Shown one piece after another: positions 1 through 9,532 of a stretch of DNA of 64,000 nt. A program made the position numbers and the translations under genes. Within the stretch, counting starts at the first letter, position 1; each line of letters begins with the position of its first letter. This stretch comes from Spirosomataceae bacterium (GTDB taxonomy: Bacteria > Bacteroidota > Bacteroidia > Cytophagales > Spirosomataceae), in the NCBI GenBank assembly GCA_046329195.1, contig JAXLVB010000001.1:2585235-2649234 (forward strand), given 5' to 3'. The notes beneath the pieces were generated by a model, which searched no databases, was not told the origin of the DNA, and saw nothing but the letters and a program-made list of their open reading frames with translations.

Positions 1-212
1 TGTTTACAAGAGTTTTAGGTCTTTTTACCTATCAATCACCCAAGCGTACGCTCTTTTTTTCGTACCTTTGCGGCTGTTTAAGTTTTTCAGTAAACTGGCA
101 ATGGTAACATACGTCTAGCTAAAGCATAACACTCAGAAAATGAGAGGGTTTTGGTATAAATCCTGTTATTGCTGGTTTTTACGTTGTTAATCGTGCCTGC
201 TCCCAGAAAACA

Positions 213-2123
213 ATGCTCACCAAAACCTTGGAACAAACGTATTTTATCATTGATTTCGACAGCACTTTTACGAAAGTAGAAGGACTCGACGAACTCGCTG
301 CCATAGCACTGGCAGGTAACAAAGACCGTGGCCGTATCGTGCAGGAAATCCGTGACCTGACCGATCAAGGCATGAATGGCGAAATCCCCTTTTCGGAGGC
401 ACTTTCTCGCCGAATCGCTCTGCTACAAGCTTCCCGTACTCATATCGAAGAACTGGTAGAAGTACTAATGGGCAAAATCTCCGATTCGTTTCAGCGTAAC
501 CGTAAGTTTATCAACGAATTTGCCGACCAAATCTTCATTGTATCGAGCGGATTCAAAGAGTTTATTGTTCCGATTGTGACCTCGATGGGGGTTCGTGAAG
601 AAAACGTATATGCCAATACATTTCGCTTCGATGCCGAAGGTAACATCATTGGTGTTGACGAATCCAACGTACTTTCGCAAGACGGCGGTAAGGTGAAGCT
701 CCTCCAACAGTTGAGTTTTCCGGGGGATGTTTACGTCATTGGCGATGGTTATACCGACTACGAATTGAAGGAGTCTGGTTTGGCCAATAAGTTTTTTGCT
801 TTTACCGAAAATGTTGAGAGAGAACGAGTTGTCGAAAAGGCAGACCACATTGTGCCATCGTTGGACGAGTTTTTGTTTATCAACAAGTTGTCCAGAAGCC
901 AGTCCTACCCCAAAAGCCGAATCAAGGTGTTGCTCCTCGAAAACGTTCATGCCAAAGCCGTAGAGATGTTTCGAAAAGAAGGCTTTCAGGTAGAGCTATT
1001 GAAGGGCGCTTTGGACGAAGACGAACTCATCGAAAAAATCAAAGGGGTGTCTATCTTAGGGATTCGTTCCAAAACCAACGTAACCAAACGAGTGCTTGAG
1101 CATGAAAACGCCAGCCGCTTGATGTGTGTGGGAGCGTTTTGTATTGGGACCAACCAGATTGATTTAGAAGAAAGTGAGCGCCGAGGTATTGCCGTGTTTA
1201 ATGCTCCTTACAGTAACACCCGCTCGGTAGTCGAACTGGCCGTTGGCGAAATCATCATGCTGATTCGAAACATCCCCGACAAGTCAAACAAAATGCACGA
1301 AGGGGTATGGGACAAGTCGGCCAATAATAGCTTTGAGATTCGGGGCAAAAAATTAGGTTTGATTGGCTACGGTAACATTGGCACGCAGCTTTCGGTAGTG
1401 GCCGAAGCGCTGGGGATGAAGGTGTATTTTTATGACATTGTGGACAAGCTGGCGCTGGGTAATGCCCAAAAATGTCAGTCGCTTGACGAACTGCTGGGCT
1501 TGGCCGATGTCATCAGTATGCACGTAGATGGCCGAAAAGACAACACCAATCTGATTGGTGAGCATGAGTTTGCTAAAATGAAAGAGGGCGTTATCTTCTT
1601 GAATTTGGCTCGTGGCCACGTGGTAGATGTAGCAGCGTTGGTTGATGCCATTAAATCGGGCAAAGTACGGGGTGCAGGTGTGGATGTGTTCCCTTACGAA
1701 CCTAAGACCAACAGCGAGCCGTTTTTGAACGAATTGCGTGGCTTACCCAACGTGATTCTGACCCCCCACATAGGCGGTAGTACCGAAGAAGCTCAAGAAA
1801 ACATTGGAGTGTTTGTACCCAACAAATTGTTGGAGTTTGTCAACAAAGGCAATACCTACGGAAGCGTCAATTTCCCCGAAATCCAATTGCCACCGTTGCA
1901 GAACTCACACCGTTTGTTACATGTCCACGACAACGTTCCGGGTGTGTTGGCCAAAATTAACAGCATTTTTGCTAATCATGGTGTGAACATTTCGGGTCAG
2001 TACCTCAAGACTAGCGATAAAATCGGTTATGTTATTACCGACATCTCGAAAGATTACAATGACGAGATGATTCAAGACCTCCGTAACATCGAACAGACCA
2101 TTAAGTTTAGGATGTTGTATTAA
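213..2123 (+). CDS. Bifunctional phosphoserine phosphatase (HAD, SerB-like N-terminal ~230 aa) fused to D-3-phosphoglycerate dehydrogenase (SerA-like, with C-terminal ACT-like regulatory domain)
   Basis: The N-terminus has the HAD motif FDFDST plus GDGYTD. The middle region has the 2-hydroxyacid dehydrogenase NAD-binding motif GLIGYGNIGTQ and the catalytic region PHIGGST. It is one 636-aa ORF. Confidence 0.85.
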   Translation: MLTKTLEQTYFIIDFDSTFTKVEGLDELAAIALAGNKDRGRIVQEIRDLTDQGMNGEIPFSEALSRRIALLQASRTHIEELVEVLMGKISDSFQRNRKFINEFADQIFIVSSGFKEFIVPIVTSMGVREENVYANTFRFDAEGNIIGVDESNVLSQDGGKVKLLQQLSFPGDVYVIGDGYTDYELKESGLANKFFAFTENVERERVVEKADHIVPSLDEFLFINKLSRSQSYPKSRIKVLLLENVHAKAVEMFRKEGFQVELLKGALDEDELIEKIKGVSILGIRSKTNVTKRVLEHENASRLMCVGAFCIGTNQIDLEESERRGIAVFNAPYSNTRSVVELAVGEIIMLIRNIPDKSNKMHEGVWDKSANNSFEIRGKKLGLIGYGNIGTQLSVVAEALGMKVYFYDIVDKLALGNAQKCQSLDELLGLADVISMHVDGRKDNTNLIGEHEFAKMKEGVIFLNLARGHVVDVAALVDAIKSGKVRGAGVDVFPYEPKTNSEPFLNELRGLPNVILTPHIGGSTEEAQENIGVFVPNKLLEFVNKGNTYGSVNFPEIQLPPLQNSHRLLHVHDNVPGVLAKINSIFANHGVNISGQYLKTSDKIGYVITDISKDYNDEMIQDLRNIEQTIKFRMLY

Positions 2124-2181
2124 AACAGCGTACTGCCTTCGTGCAAGTATTCCGTTTTACGTTGAATGTCGCATGATAAGT

Positions 2182-2224
2182 AAGACCTCTGACAGCGGCT
2201 CTAGGCCGTGTTAGAGGTCTTTAA
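2182..2224 (+). terminator. Hairpin (AAGACCTCT…AGAGGTCTT with inner CGGC/GCCG pairing) between serBA and serC. It could be a weak terminator or attenuator.
   Basis: 9-bp inverted repeat seen directly in the sequence; the downstream run is only weakly T-rich (TTTAATAAAT). Confidence 0.3.
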
Positions 2225-2262
2225 TAAATGCCTTCAAAATATAATTCAGACCCCACTGAATA

Positions 2263-3420
2263 ATGCGAAAAACTTATTTTACACCTGGCCCAGCAGCCTT
2301 ATATCCAACGCTCGAAAAACATATCCAGACGGCGTTGGACGAGCAAATTGGCTCTATTTCGCACCGCTCACAGAAATTCCGAGATAGTTACAAGTACACC
2401 GCTACGCAGCTACGTACGCTACTGAGTATTCCAGACAGCCATGCCATTTTTTTTATGAGTTCGGCTACTGAAATCTGGGAACGCTTGGTTATGAACTGTG
2501 TGGGGTTGGAGAGTTTTCACTTGGTAAACGGTTCCTTTTCTCGCAAGTTCTATGACTTTTCGGTAGAATTGGGTCGTCATGCCCATATCTTCGAGAAACC
2601 ATTAGGCGAGGGCTTTTTCTACGAAGAGTTTGAAAATCAGCTTGATAAAAAACGTACCACTAATAAAGTCTTGGTCAGAGCGGGTTTTCAGTCGGCCTCC
2701 GAAGAAATGGTGAAAATACCCGAGTATGCCGAGCTAGTAGCCCTTACGCATAACGAAACTTCTACGGGTGTACAAATGCGCCCAGTGGACATCCATCAGC
2801 TCAAGCGGAGTTACCGAGACAAGCTTTTTGTGGTGGACATGGTGTCGTCGGCGCCTTACCCAGAGCTAGACTACGATTTGATTGATTCGGCCTATTTTTC
2901 AGTGCAAAAGTCGTTTGGCTTACCAGCTGGGTTGGGCGTGTGGATTGTAAGCCCTAAGTGCTTAGAAAAAGCTCTTCAGCTCCAAAAAGAAGGTTATACG
3001 ATTGGCACCTATCACAGCCTGCCATCGTTATGGAAAAATTATGAAAAGTGGGAAACACCCGAAACACCTAATGTTTGGAACATTTACTTGTTGGGTAAAG
3101 TAGCCGAAGACATGAATAACAAAGGCATAGACCTGATTCGGAAAGAAACGGAACTGAAGGCTAAAAAACTATATGAATTTGCCGAAAAAAGCGAGGCGTT
3201 TGACATCTTTGTGAAACAACCCGAACACCGTTCTCAAACTGTGGTGGTACTCAATACACAAGCTCCAGCCGCTGAGGTAATCGACTCGGTAAAACAGCAA
3301 AACAAAGTGCTGGGTAGCGGCTACGGTAGCCTCAAACCTAACCAAATCCGCATAGCCAACTTCCCCGCCATATCAGTCGAACAAGTAGAGGAGCTTATTG
3401 AAGACTTGAAGAAACTATGA
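2263..3420 (+). CDS. serC: Phosphoserine aminotransferase-like class-V aminotransferase
   Basis: 385 aa. It has a SerC-type N-terminus (FTPGPAAL…HRSQKF) and sits immediately downstream of the serB-serA fusion. Confidence 0.75.
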   Translation: MRKTYFTPGPAALYPTLEKHIQTALDEQIGSISHRSQKFRDSYKYTATQLRTLLSIPDSHAIFFMSSATEIWERLVMNCVGLESFHLVNGSFSRKFYDFSVELGRHAHIFEKPLGEGFFYEEFENQLDKKRTTNKVLVRAGFQSASEEMVKIPEYAELVALTHNETSTGVQMRPVDIHQLKRSYRDKLFVVDMVSSAPYPELDYDLIDSAYFSVQKSFGLPAGLGVWIVSPKCLEKALQLQKEGYTIGTYHSLPSLWKNYEKWETPETPNVWNIYLLGKVAEDMNNKGIDLIRKETELKAKKLYEFAEKSEAFDIFVKQPEHRSQTVVVLNTQAPAAEVIDSVKQQNKVLGSGYGSLKPNQIRIANFPAISVEQVEELIEDLKKL

Positions 3421-4400
3421 AATCATTTCGCTGGGGAATTATTGGCTTGGGGCGTATTGCCCGAAAATTTGCTGAAGGGCTACAGTTTGTACCCAATGCA
3501 CAATTGTATGCTGTAGCCTCTCGTGACCTCACCAAAGCACAAGCCTTTGCCGCTGATTTTCAGGCGACTCATGCGCTAGGTAGTTATGAAGCCATTACCC
3601 AGCTTGGCGACGTGGACGCCATTTATATTGCTACGCCCCATTCGGAACATCATGCTAATACCTTGATGTGTCTCAAGGCGGGCATCCCCGTACTGTGCGA
3701 AAAAGCGTTTGCTTTTAACTTGGCACAAGTACAAGAAATGGTCGGCGAGGCCCAAAGCCGTAAGGTTTTTTTGATGGAAGCCTTATGGACACGATTTTTG
3801 CCTGCCACTATCAAAACCCTCGAACTCATTGAAGCAGGCGAAATAGGCGAAATCAAACACATCTCAGCCGATTTTGGCTTCCTAGCTGATTACAACCCTC
3901 ACGGGCGTTTGTTCAATCCTTCTTTAGCCGGAGGTTCGTTGCTTGATATTGGTATTTATCCTTTGCTCATCAGCAAGTTTTTGTTAGGTAACCCTACCCA
4001 ACTCAGCGCCGTAGCTACCTTGACCGAAACAGGGGTTGATATGGCCTGCTCTATGGCCGCCCAGTTTGCTAACGGAGCCACAGCCACCTTGTTTTCGACA
4101 CTGGCTGCTCGCACCGACACTACAGCGGTTATTTATGGTACTAAAGGCAAAATAACGCTCCATACACGCTTTCACGAAGCCACAGCTTTATCCCTCCAGA
4201 TTACTGGACAAGAAGCACAATTGATTCCTTGCGAGCGTATGGGCGATGGCTACTGTTACGAGGCTCGCCATGTGCAAGAATGTTTGACTCAAGGGCTCAC
4301 CGAAAGCCCAGTAGTACCACTACAATTCAGTGTCGAACTCATGGCTATCATGGACGACATTCGCAAGCAGGTTGGGGTTGTGTACCCAGCTGATAACTAA
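3417..4400 (+). CDS. Gfo/Idh/MocA family NAD(P)-dependent oxidoreductase (cytoplasmic)
   Basis: Rossmann N-terminus WGIIGLGRIARKF and the EKA/EKP motif; its start overlaps the serC stop by 4 bp. Confidence 0.85.
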   Translation: MKSFRWGIIGLGRIARKFAEGLQFVPNAQLYAVASRDLTKAQAFAADFQATHALGSYEAITQLGDVDAIYIATPHSEHHANTLMCLKAGIPVLCEKAFAFNLAQVQEMVGEAQSRKVFLMEALWTRFLPATIKTLELIEAGEIGEIKHISADFGFLADYNPHGRLFNPSLAGGSLLDIGIYPLLISKFLLGNPTQLSAVATLTETGVDMACSMAAQFANGATATLFSTLAARTDTTAVIYGTKGKITLHTRFHEATALSLQITGQEAQLIPCERMGDGYCYEARHVQECLTQGLTESPVVPLQFSVELMAIMDDIRKQVGVVYPADN

Positions 4401-4540
4401 CGTGTCTGTATCTGGATGTTTCATGCTTTTTAACCAGTGCCGAATTGTTTAAAAAGTAGGCCTCCCCAACTAAGGCAGGATGTAAATACGCTTTCCCTTT
4501 TGTATCTTGTCAGCTACAAACTTTTCTAACCTTTTATGCT

Positions 4541-5626
4541 ATGAATTCTCGTCGTGAATTTCTTCAACGTCTTGGGGCGTCGGCGTTAGCTGTACCTTTT
4601 ATTCAAACTACACCTGCATTGGCTCAGGCCGATAAACAACTTCGAGTAGCGTTTGTGGGCTTGGGTAGTTATGCCCGCCGAGTTGCTGATGCCATGCAAA
4701 CCTGCACCATGGCCAAAGTAGTAGGTGGCGTAACAGGTACGCCGTCAAAAGTAAATGACTGGACTAAGCAATATGGCGCTCCTAAAGAGAATTTCTACAC
4801 CTACCAGAATTTCGACGACATCAAAAACAACCCCACTATTGATGCGGTTTATGTGACACTCCCTAATGCCATGCACCACGAGTACGTGATTCGGGCAGCG
4901 AAGGCGGGGAAGCATGTCATTACCGAAAAGCCGATGTCAGCCACAGTGAAAGAAGCCGAGGAAATGATAGCCGCTTGCAAAAAAGCAGGGGTAAAACTCT
5001 ACGTGGGCTATCGGATGCACTTTGAACCGCATACCCGTGAGCTGATTCGGATGAGAGAAGCTGGGGAATTTGGAAAAATTATGCACGTTAATGCCTACAT
5101 GGGCTTCAAGATTGGCGACCCTACGCAATGGCGTTTGAAAAAATCGTTGGCAGGCGGTGGTGCCTTGTACGACGTAGGCGTGTATTGCATCAACGCTGCT
5201 CGATATGCCACGGGCGAAGAACCCATCTGGATTTCGGCAGAAGAAAGCAAGACTGACCCTATCAAGTTCAAAGAAGTGGACGAAACCATTACGTGGCAGA
5301 TGGGCTTTCCGAGCGGTGTGATTGCTACCTGTGCTACTACCTACAATTTCAATAATTTTGAACGCCTGTTTGTGGTAGGCGACAAGGGGTTTGCCGAACT
5401 TTCACCCGCATTTAACTACGGGCCAATTGTTGGAAAAACACACAAAGGCCCTCTGAACCAGCCTGTTGTAACGCACCAAACCCTTCAGATGGATGGCTTG
5501 GCCGATTGCATCCTAAATAACAAACCTGACCCCAACATGACAGGCGAAGAGGGACTCAAAGACATGAAGGTTATCGAAGCTATCTATAAATCCATTGCTC
5601 AAGGAGGTAAAAAGGTGATGCTTTAA
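4541..5626 (+). CDS. Gfo/Idh/MocA family oxidoreductase with twin-arginine (Tat) signal peptide; periplasmic, glucose-fructose oxidoreductase-like
   Basis: N-terminus SRREFLQRLGASALAVPF is a Tat motif. It also has VAFVGLGSYARR and the EKPMS motif. Confidence 0.85.
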   Translation: MNSRREFLQRLGASALAVPFIQTTPALAQADKQLRVAFVGLGSYARRVADAMQTCTMAKVVGGVTGTPSKVNDWTKQYGAPKENFYTYQNFDDIKNNPTIDAVYVTLPNAMHHEYVIRAAKAGKHVITEKPMSATVKEAEEMIAACKKAGVKLYVGYRMHFEPHTRELIRMREAGEFGKIMHVNAYMGFKIGDPTQWRLKKSLAGGGALYDVGVYCINAARYATGEEPIWISAEESKTDPIKFKEVDETITWQMGFPSGVIATCATTYNFNNFERLFVVGDKGFAELSPAFNYGPIVGKTHKGPLNQPVVTHQTLQMDGLADCILNNKPDPNMTGEEGLKDMKVIEAIYKSIAQGGKKVML

Positions 5627-5814
5627 GGGAGAATTGGCTGTTTGAAGCGTTTTCCAAGCCCTTACAACGAAAGCAATCTATAAGGAGCTTGACTTACTCT
5701 CCATCCTTTCTGAGTTTGATGGAAGAATAAAATTTTTGTCTTTCTGAATCCTATATAGCTAAGTGGGTGTATGTATTGAAAAAAGACTAAAAATAGACAA
5801 TTCCTACAATCAAG

Positions 5815-6384
5815 ATGGCAAAGTCAGGACAAGTGATTTACAATAAAGTTTCGACCGATAAGATTGTTTTTACACAAACACGAGCTGAAACACAAGGGCA
5901 ACTCTTACAGTTTGAAAATTATCATCAACCGAATGGCGTAGGGCCAGCTCCTCACAGGCATCCTTTACAAGAAGAAACATTCACAGTACACAAAGGGACT
6001 TTGTCTATCACGATTGAGGGTAATACCCATATCCTAACAGCTGGCCAACAGATTGTAGTGCCACCTGATAGTGTTCACTTTTGGCAGAACAGCGGCGATA
6101 CCGAGCTGTACATGACTACCGAATTCAGACCTGCCCTGCATTTTGAAGAAATCATCGAAACCATTGCAAGTCTATCGCAAATGGGTAAAATGGATGAGCG
6201 AGGAAACCCTAATCCAATGCAAATGTCGGCCACACTCAATGCCTACTACGGAGAGTTCTTTTTAGACACGATGCCTTTGGGTGTACAAAAGTTCCTATTT
6301 GGCGTTTTGGGGCGTTTACTTCGATGGGTTGGATTTAAAGACTATATAGCCTTTGACGGGTTGAACGAAAAATTCGTGCCTTGA
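5815..6384 (+). CDS. Cupin-domain protein
   Basis: 189 aa with a cupin-like His-containing core (PHRHP…H…VPPDSVHFW). This is a weak family-level call. Confidence 0.55.
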   Translation: MAKSGQVIYNKVSTDKIVFTQTRAETQGQLLQFENYHQPNGVGPAPHRHPLQEETFTVHKGTLSITIEGNTHILTAGQQIVVPPDSVHFWQNSGDTELYMTTEFRPALHFEEIIETIASLSQMGKMDERGNPNPMQMSATLNAYYGEFFLDTMPLGVQKFLFGVLGRLLRWVGFKDYIAFDGLNEKFVP

Positions 6385-6440
6385 TGCTCATCAGCGCTCG
6401 CTCCGTAACTCATGCGAAAAGTAAAACCTTTAAAATTTTT

Positions 6441-6460
6441 ATTCCAAACGAACGTTTGGT
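6441..6460. promoter_or_regulatory. Perfect palindrome CCAAACGAACGTTTGG(TA), 36 bp upstream of the TetR start. Candidate TetR operator.
   Basis: Seen in the sequence. The identical 18-mer recurs at 18753–18772. Confidence 0.5.
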
Positions 6461-6493
6461 AATTTTGATACGCATACCAAGTGAGCCAGTCCT

Positions 6494-7066
6494 TTGCCAA
6501 CTCAAAAAGTAACACGAGACGAAATTATCCTGAAAGCCATCGCTTTGTTTCGGCGGCAGGGGTATCATCGTACCTCGATGGCCGATTTGGCACAAGAAGT
6601 TGGCTTATTGAAAGGCAGCTTTTATCATTATTTTGAGAGTAAAGAAGCATTGATGGAGGCGGTACTGGTTCATGTTCAAGACGCTTTAAATCGTCGGGTA
6701 TTTCCATTGGCCTATCAAGAAGAGTTGACACCCTTTGAGCGTTTAGACAAAATGTTGCGCCGATTGGGTAAGAATCTTTTTACTGGCGAAGGGGGGTGTA
6801 TTGTAGGTAATACCACGCTCGAAACCTCCTTACTTGTTCCCGAATTTCGGACTATTTTGCAGCAAATCTTCGAGAGTTGGATTCAAGCCCAAACGCATTT
6901 GTATGCCTACGTGTATTCCCCAGACCAAGCTAAGCAACTGGCCGAACAGACCGTCATGGAATTTGAGGGCGCCATTATGTTTAGTAAACTATACAACGAT
7001 ACCCGTTACATCACTACCTGTTTTGAACGAGCACTTGACCGCATGAATGCCAGTAAAACTGAATAA
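6494..7066 (+). CDS. TetR/AcrR family transcriptional regulator (apparent TTG start)
   Basis: N-terminal HTH: ILKAIALFRRQGYHRTSMADLAQEVGLLKGSFYHYF. The ORF begins with TTG and has no in-frame ATG nearby. Confidence 0.85.
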   Translation: MPTQKVTRDEIILKAIALFRRQGYHRTSMADLAQEVGLLKGSFYHYFESKEALMEAVLVHVQDALNRRVFPLAYQEELTPFERLDKMLRRLGKNLFTGEGGCIVGNTTLETSLLVPEFRTILQQIFESWIQAQTHLYAYVYSPDQAKQLAEQTVMEFEGAIMFSKLYNDTRYITTCFERALDRMNASKTE

Positions 7067-7091
7067 GGTATAAAATAGATAATACCTCAAC

Positions 7092-7133
7092 AAAAAAGGC
7101 AATAAACTGACTGTCAGTTTATTGCCTTTTTTT
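7092..7133. terminator. Bidirectional rho-independent terminator between the convergent TetR and anti-sigma genes (A6–GGCAATAAACTGAC/GTCAGTTTATTGCC–T7).
   Basis: 14-bp perfect inverted repeat flanked by an A-run and a T-run. Confidence 0.8.
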
Positions 7134-7172
7134 GTTTCTGATGGTTTGGATACCTCCCACGAGGCTAGCGTG

Positions 7173-8891
7173 TTACTTCAATTGCCAAACTAAGCCAAAG
7201 TTGAGCCCTACATTGACAGGGCGGAGGGCCAGATTGCCGTAGTCGTCGGTAGCACTCCGAAGACCATAGTTTAGGGTAGGTTCTACACGTAAATTAATGC
7301 CTTGACCCAGCGGATAATTCACGCCATAAGCGAAGTTCAAGAACATATTAGAATTGCCATTTTGGTCTAATTGCATAACGCCCTCGGTGCCAACTGAAAG
7401 ATAATGCGCCATAGCACCAGACTGATTGAGTTTAAACAAGAGATCGGCTTTCACTCCTGCATAATGCCATTGTGTATCGCTTACTCGGGTGCGGGGATAA
7501 TAGATGGGGGTGAGTGCGAGGGTTTGGCTGTTGAGTAGTTGGGTAGCCATTGAGTCAGGAAGCACATTGCGTACTCGATAACTCACATAGTGATTCATCT
7601 GCAAATAACTTAGCCCCAAGCGAAGTTTAAAGCGCTGTGAAACAGGGATTTCTGTGCCTAACTGAAAACGCCATCCAGCTCGTTGGCTCGAAAAATTAGA
7701 AGTAGTACGGACATCTTCTACCAGTACGTCGTCGCTGTGCTGTGGAGCAATGCTATAATAGTTGTATAGTGGCATCATGCTCACATACATATCCAAAATC
7801 TTGTGCGGCTTTGCAATTTTGATCCAAGCTTGCTCTGTTTTTACGCTTTGAACGGCAGGCATCAAACTATTAAAAATGCTCGGACGAAAGCCTTTTGATT
7901 TGGCCATTGCCGTTTGCAGAGAAGCAAACGTAAAGGCCGCAGAACTAGACTCAACTGGGCTTAATGTGGTTGTTACTTCTGTCGGAATAGATGTCACAGG
8001 GCTAACAGACGCTATATTAGTAGCTGTACGGGTTACGGTAGTGGCTGCTTCTTTGTTAAATGACTGGCTCAACGATTGACGATCCAATGAACGTTTTCGA
8101 GTAGTTGAGCGCAGCGTTATTGTTTGCTCTTTGTCTGCTTTCAAGAGTTGACCTTTCAGCTCAGGTACCGATGCGATCTCGGTTGTGGGAGTGCTAGAGG
8201 CTTGTTTCTCCGCTGAATAAAACGCACTTGGCTTGGCCGATTTTGACGTAACCAATGATGGGTTTACTACGGCTTTAGCAGTTTTTAAAGCTGAAACCGT
8301 TGCTTTTTCTTCGGTTATCTCCGTAGTAGGAGGCTGAGGTTCAGCTAGAGAAGATGATTCAGAAGTAGAAGGTAAAGTTTGGACTATAGCGTTCGGTTGA
8401 GGTGATTCAATAGCAGATAATGGGCGGCTTGTTGCGGGAGTTTGGGTAGTACTTTCGAGAACCGTTGAGGCATCTGTGCCTGTTGGCTGACTTTGCTGGG
8501 TAGGCTGCGTTTGGGCCTGTGATGTTTGGTTGGTAGTAGAAAGAACACCTTGCTGCACAGTAAACCAAGCCACACTTGCCAATGATAAGAGGAGCAAGGC
8601 CAAAGCCGCTGCATAGCGATACGAGAACGCAAACACCCGTACAGGCTTGTTGACCTCGGCCAAAATGGCTTTGAGGGCGCCTACAGGCGGCTCTGCCTCA
8701 AAGTTGGCAAAGCGTTCTTGAAATTGATGTTCCATCGCATCCTGCGAAGGCATATCGTCAGGCTGATTGACCTTGTTCAAAATGCGAAGCAAGGCATCCG
8801 CTGGCGGATTAGATTCGTAATTGACGAACCGTTCCCTAAACAGGCGTTCGATTTCGTCGTTATTCTGGTTGCTCATAGCTAATAATGCCAA
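7173..8891 (-). CDS. Membrane-spanning anti-sigma-factor-like protein. It has an N-terminal cytoplasmic domain, one TM helix, a long S/T/P/Q-rich linker, and a C-terminal β-barrel-like (outer-membrane-type) domain.
   Basis: It overlaps and is co-oriented with the ECF sigma gene. There is a hydrophobic segment AAALALLLLSLASVAWFTV. The low-complexity region TQTPATSRPLSAIESPQP… is followed by alternating β-strand-like residues ending in WQLK. Confidence 0.55.
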   Translation of the reverse strand: MALLAMSNQNNDEIERLFRERFVNYESNPPADALLRILNKVNQPDDMPSQDAMEHQFQERFANFEAEPPVGALKAILAEVNKPVRVFAFSYRYAAALALLLLSLASVAWFTVQQGVLSTTNQTSQAQTQPTQQSQPTGTDASTVLESTTQTPATSRPLSAIESPQPNAIVQTLPSTSESSSLAEPQPPTTEITEEKATVSALKTAKAVVNPSLVTSKSAKPSAFYSAEKQASSTPTTEIASVPELKGQLLKADKEQTITLRSTTRKRSLDRQSLSQSFNKEAATTVTRTATNIASVSPVTSIPTEVTTTLSPVESSSAAFTFASLQTAMAKSKGFRPSIFNSLMPAVQSVKTEQAWIKIAKPHKILDMYVSMMPLYNYYSIAPQHSDDVLVEDVRTTSNFSSQRAGWRFQLGTEIPVSQRFKLRLGLSYLQMNHYVSYRVRNVLPDSMATQLLNSQTLALTPIYYPRTRVSDTQWHYAGVKADLLFKLNQSGAMAHYLSVGTEGVMQLDQNGNSNMFLNFAYGVNYPLGQGINLRVEPTLNYGLRSATDDYGNLALRPVNVGLNFGLVWQLK

Positions 8892-9417
8892 CCGTTTTGA
8901 GTTGCCGTCTTAATAGTTCTTTTGCCCTCGAAAGCTGTGACTTCGAGGTATTTTCTGAAATATTCAGCATCTCGCCGATTTCGACATGGTTGAATCCTTC
9001 AATGACGTAAAGGTTAAAAACCATCCGATACCCATCGGGAAGCCGATTGATAAACTTCATTAATTCTTCGGTAGAGAAGTGGCTGTACATCAGGCTGTGG
9101 TCATCATTGCTGATGGATACATCCTGATAATCAACATCTAAGAGGTGGTCTTTGAGGTGTTGGTGGTAGTAGTTGATCGCCGTGTTGACGGTCACTTGCT
9201 TCACCCAACTAGAGATTGATTCGATTTTTTGGAGATGACCAATCTTCCGAAAAATCTTGACGAACGCTTCTTGAAAAATATCTTCGGCTTCGTGTGTAGA
9301 ACGGGCATAGCGCCTACAAATACCCATCACACGGCCTTTGTACATATTGTAAAAAGCCGTTTGTGAACGAGGGTCATTTTGTTGACAACCCAGTATAATT
9401 TCTACTTCTGAAACCAT
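8860..9417 (-). CDS. ECF-type RNA polymerase sigma-70 factor
   Basis: 185 aa with sigma-70 region 2 (FYNMYKGRVMGICRRY…DIFQEAFVKIF) and a region 4 HTH (VIEGFNHVEIGEMLNISENTSKSQLSRAK). Confidence 0.9.
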   Translation of the reverse strand: MVSEVEIILGCQQNDPRSQTAFYNMYKGRVMGICRRYARSTHEAEDIFQEAFVKIFRKIGHLQKIESISSWVKQVTVNTAINYYHQHLKDHLLDVDYQDVSISNDDHSLMYSHFSTEELMKFINRLPDGYRMVFNLYVIEGFNHVEIGEMLNISENTSKSQLSRAKELLRRQLKTVGIISYEQPE

Positions 9418-9532
9418 AAATTCAAGTATGGTAACGTCAAGCGTTACTTATTTTCCTGCGTTGTTTAAGGCTAGCTGTCAATCAACCGATGAACAGGGAG
9501 GTAATCGCCTCAAATTTAAGATAATTCAGTAT

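Noticed and set aside
87-950. Minus-strand ORFs 87..368 and 465..950
   Set aside because: They overlap the serB-serA fusion CDS on the opposite strand and have no recognisable features.
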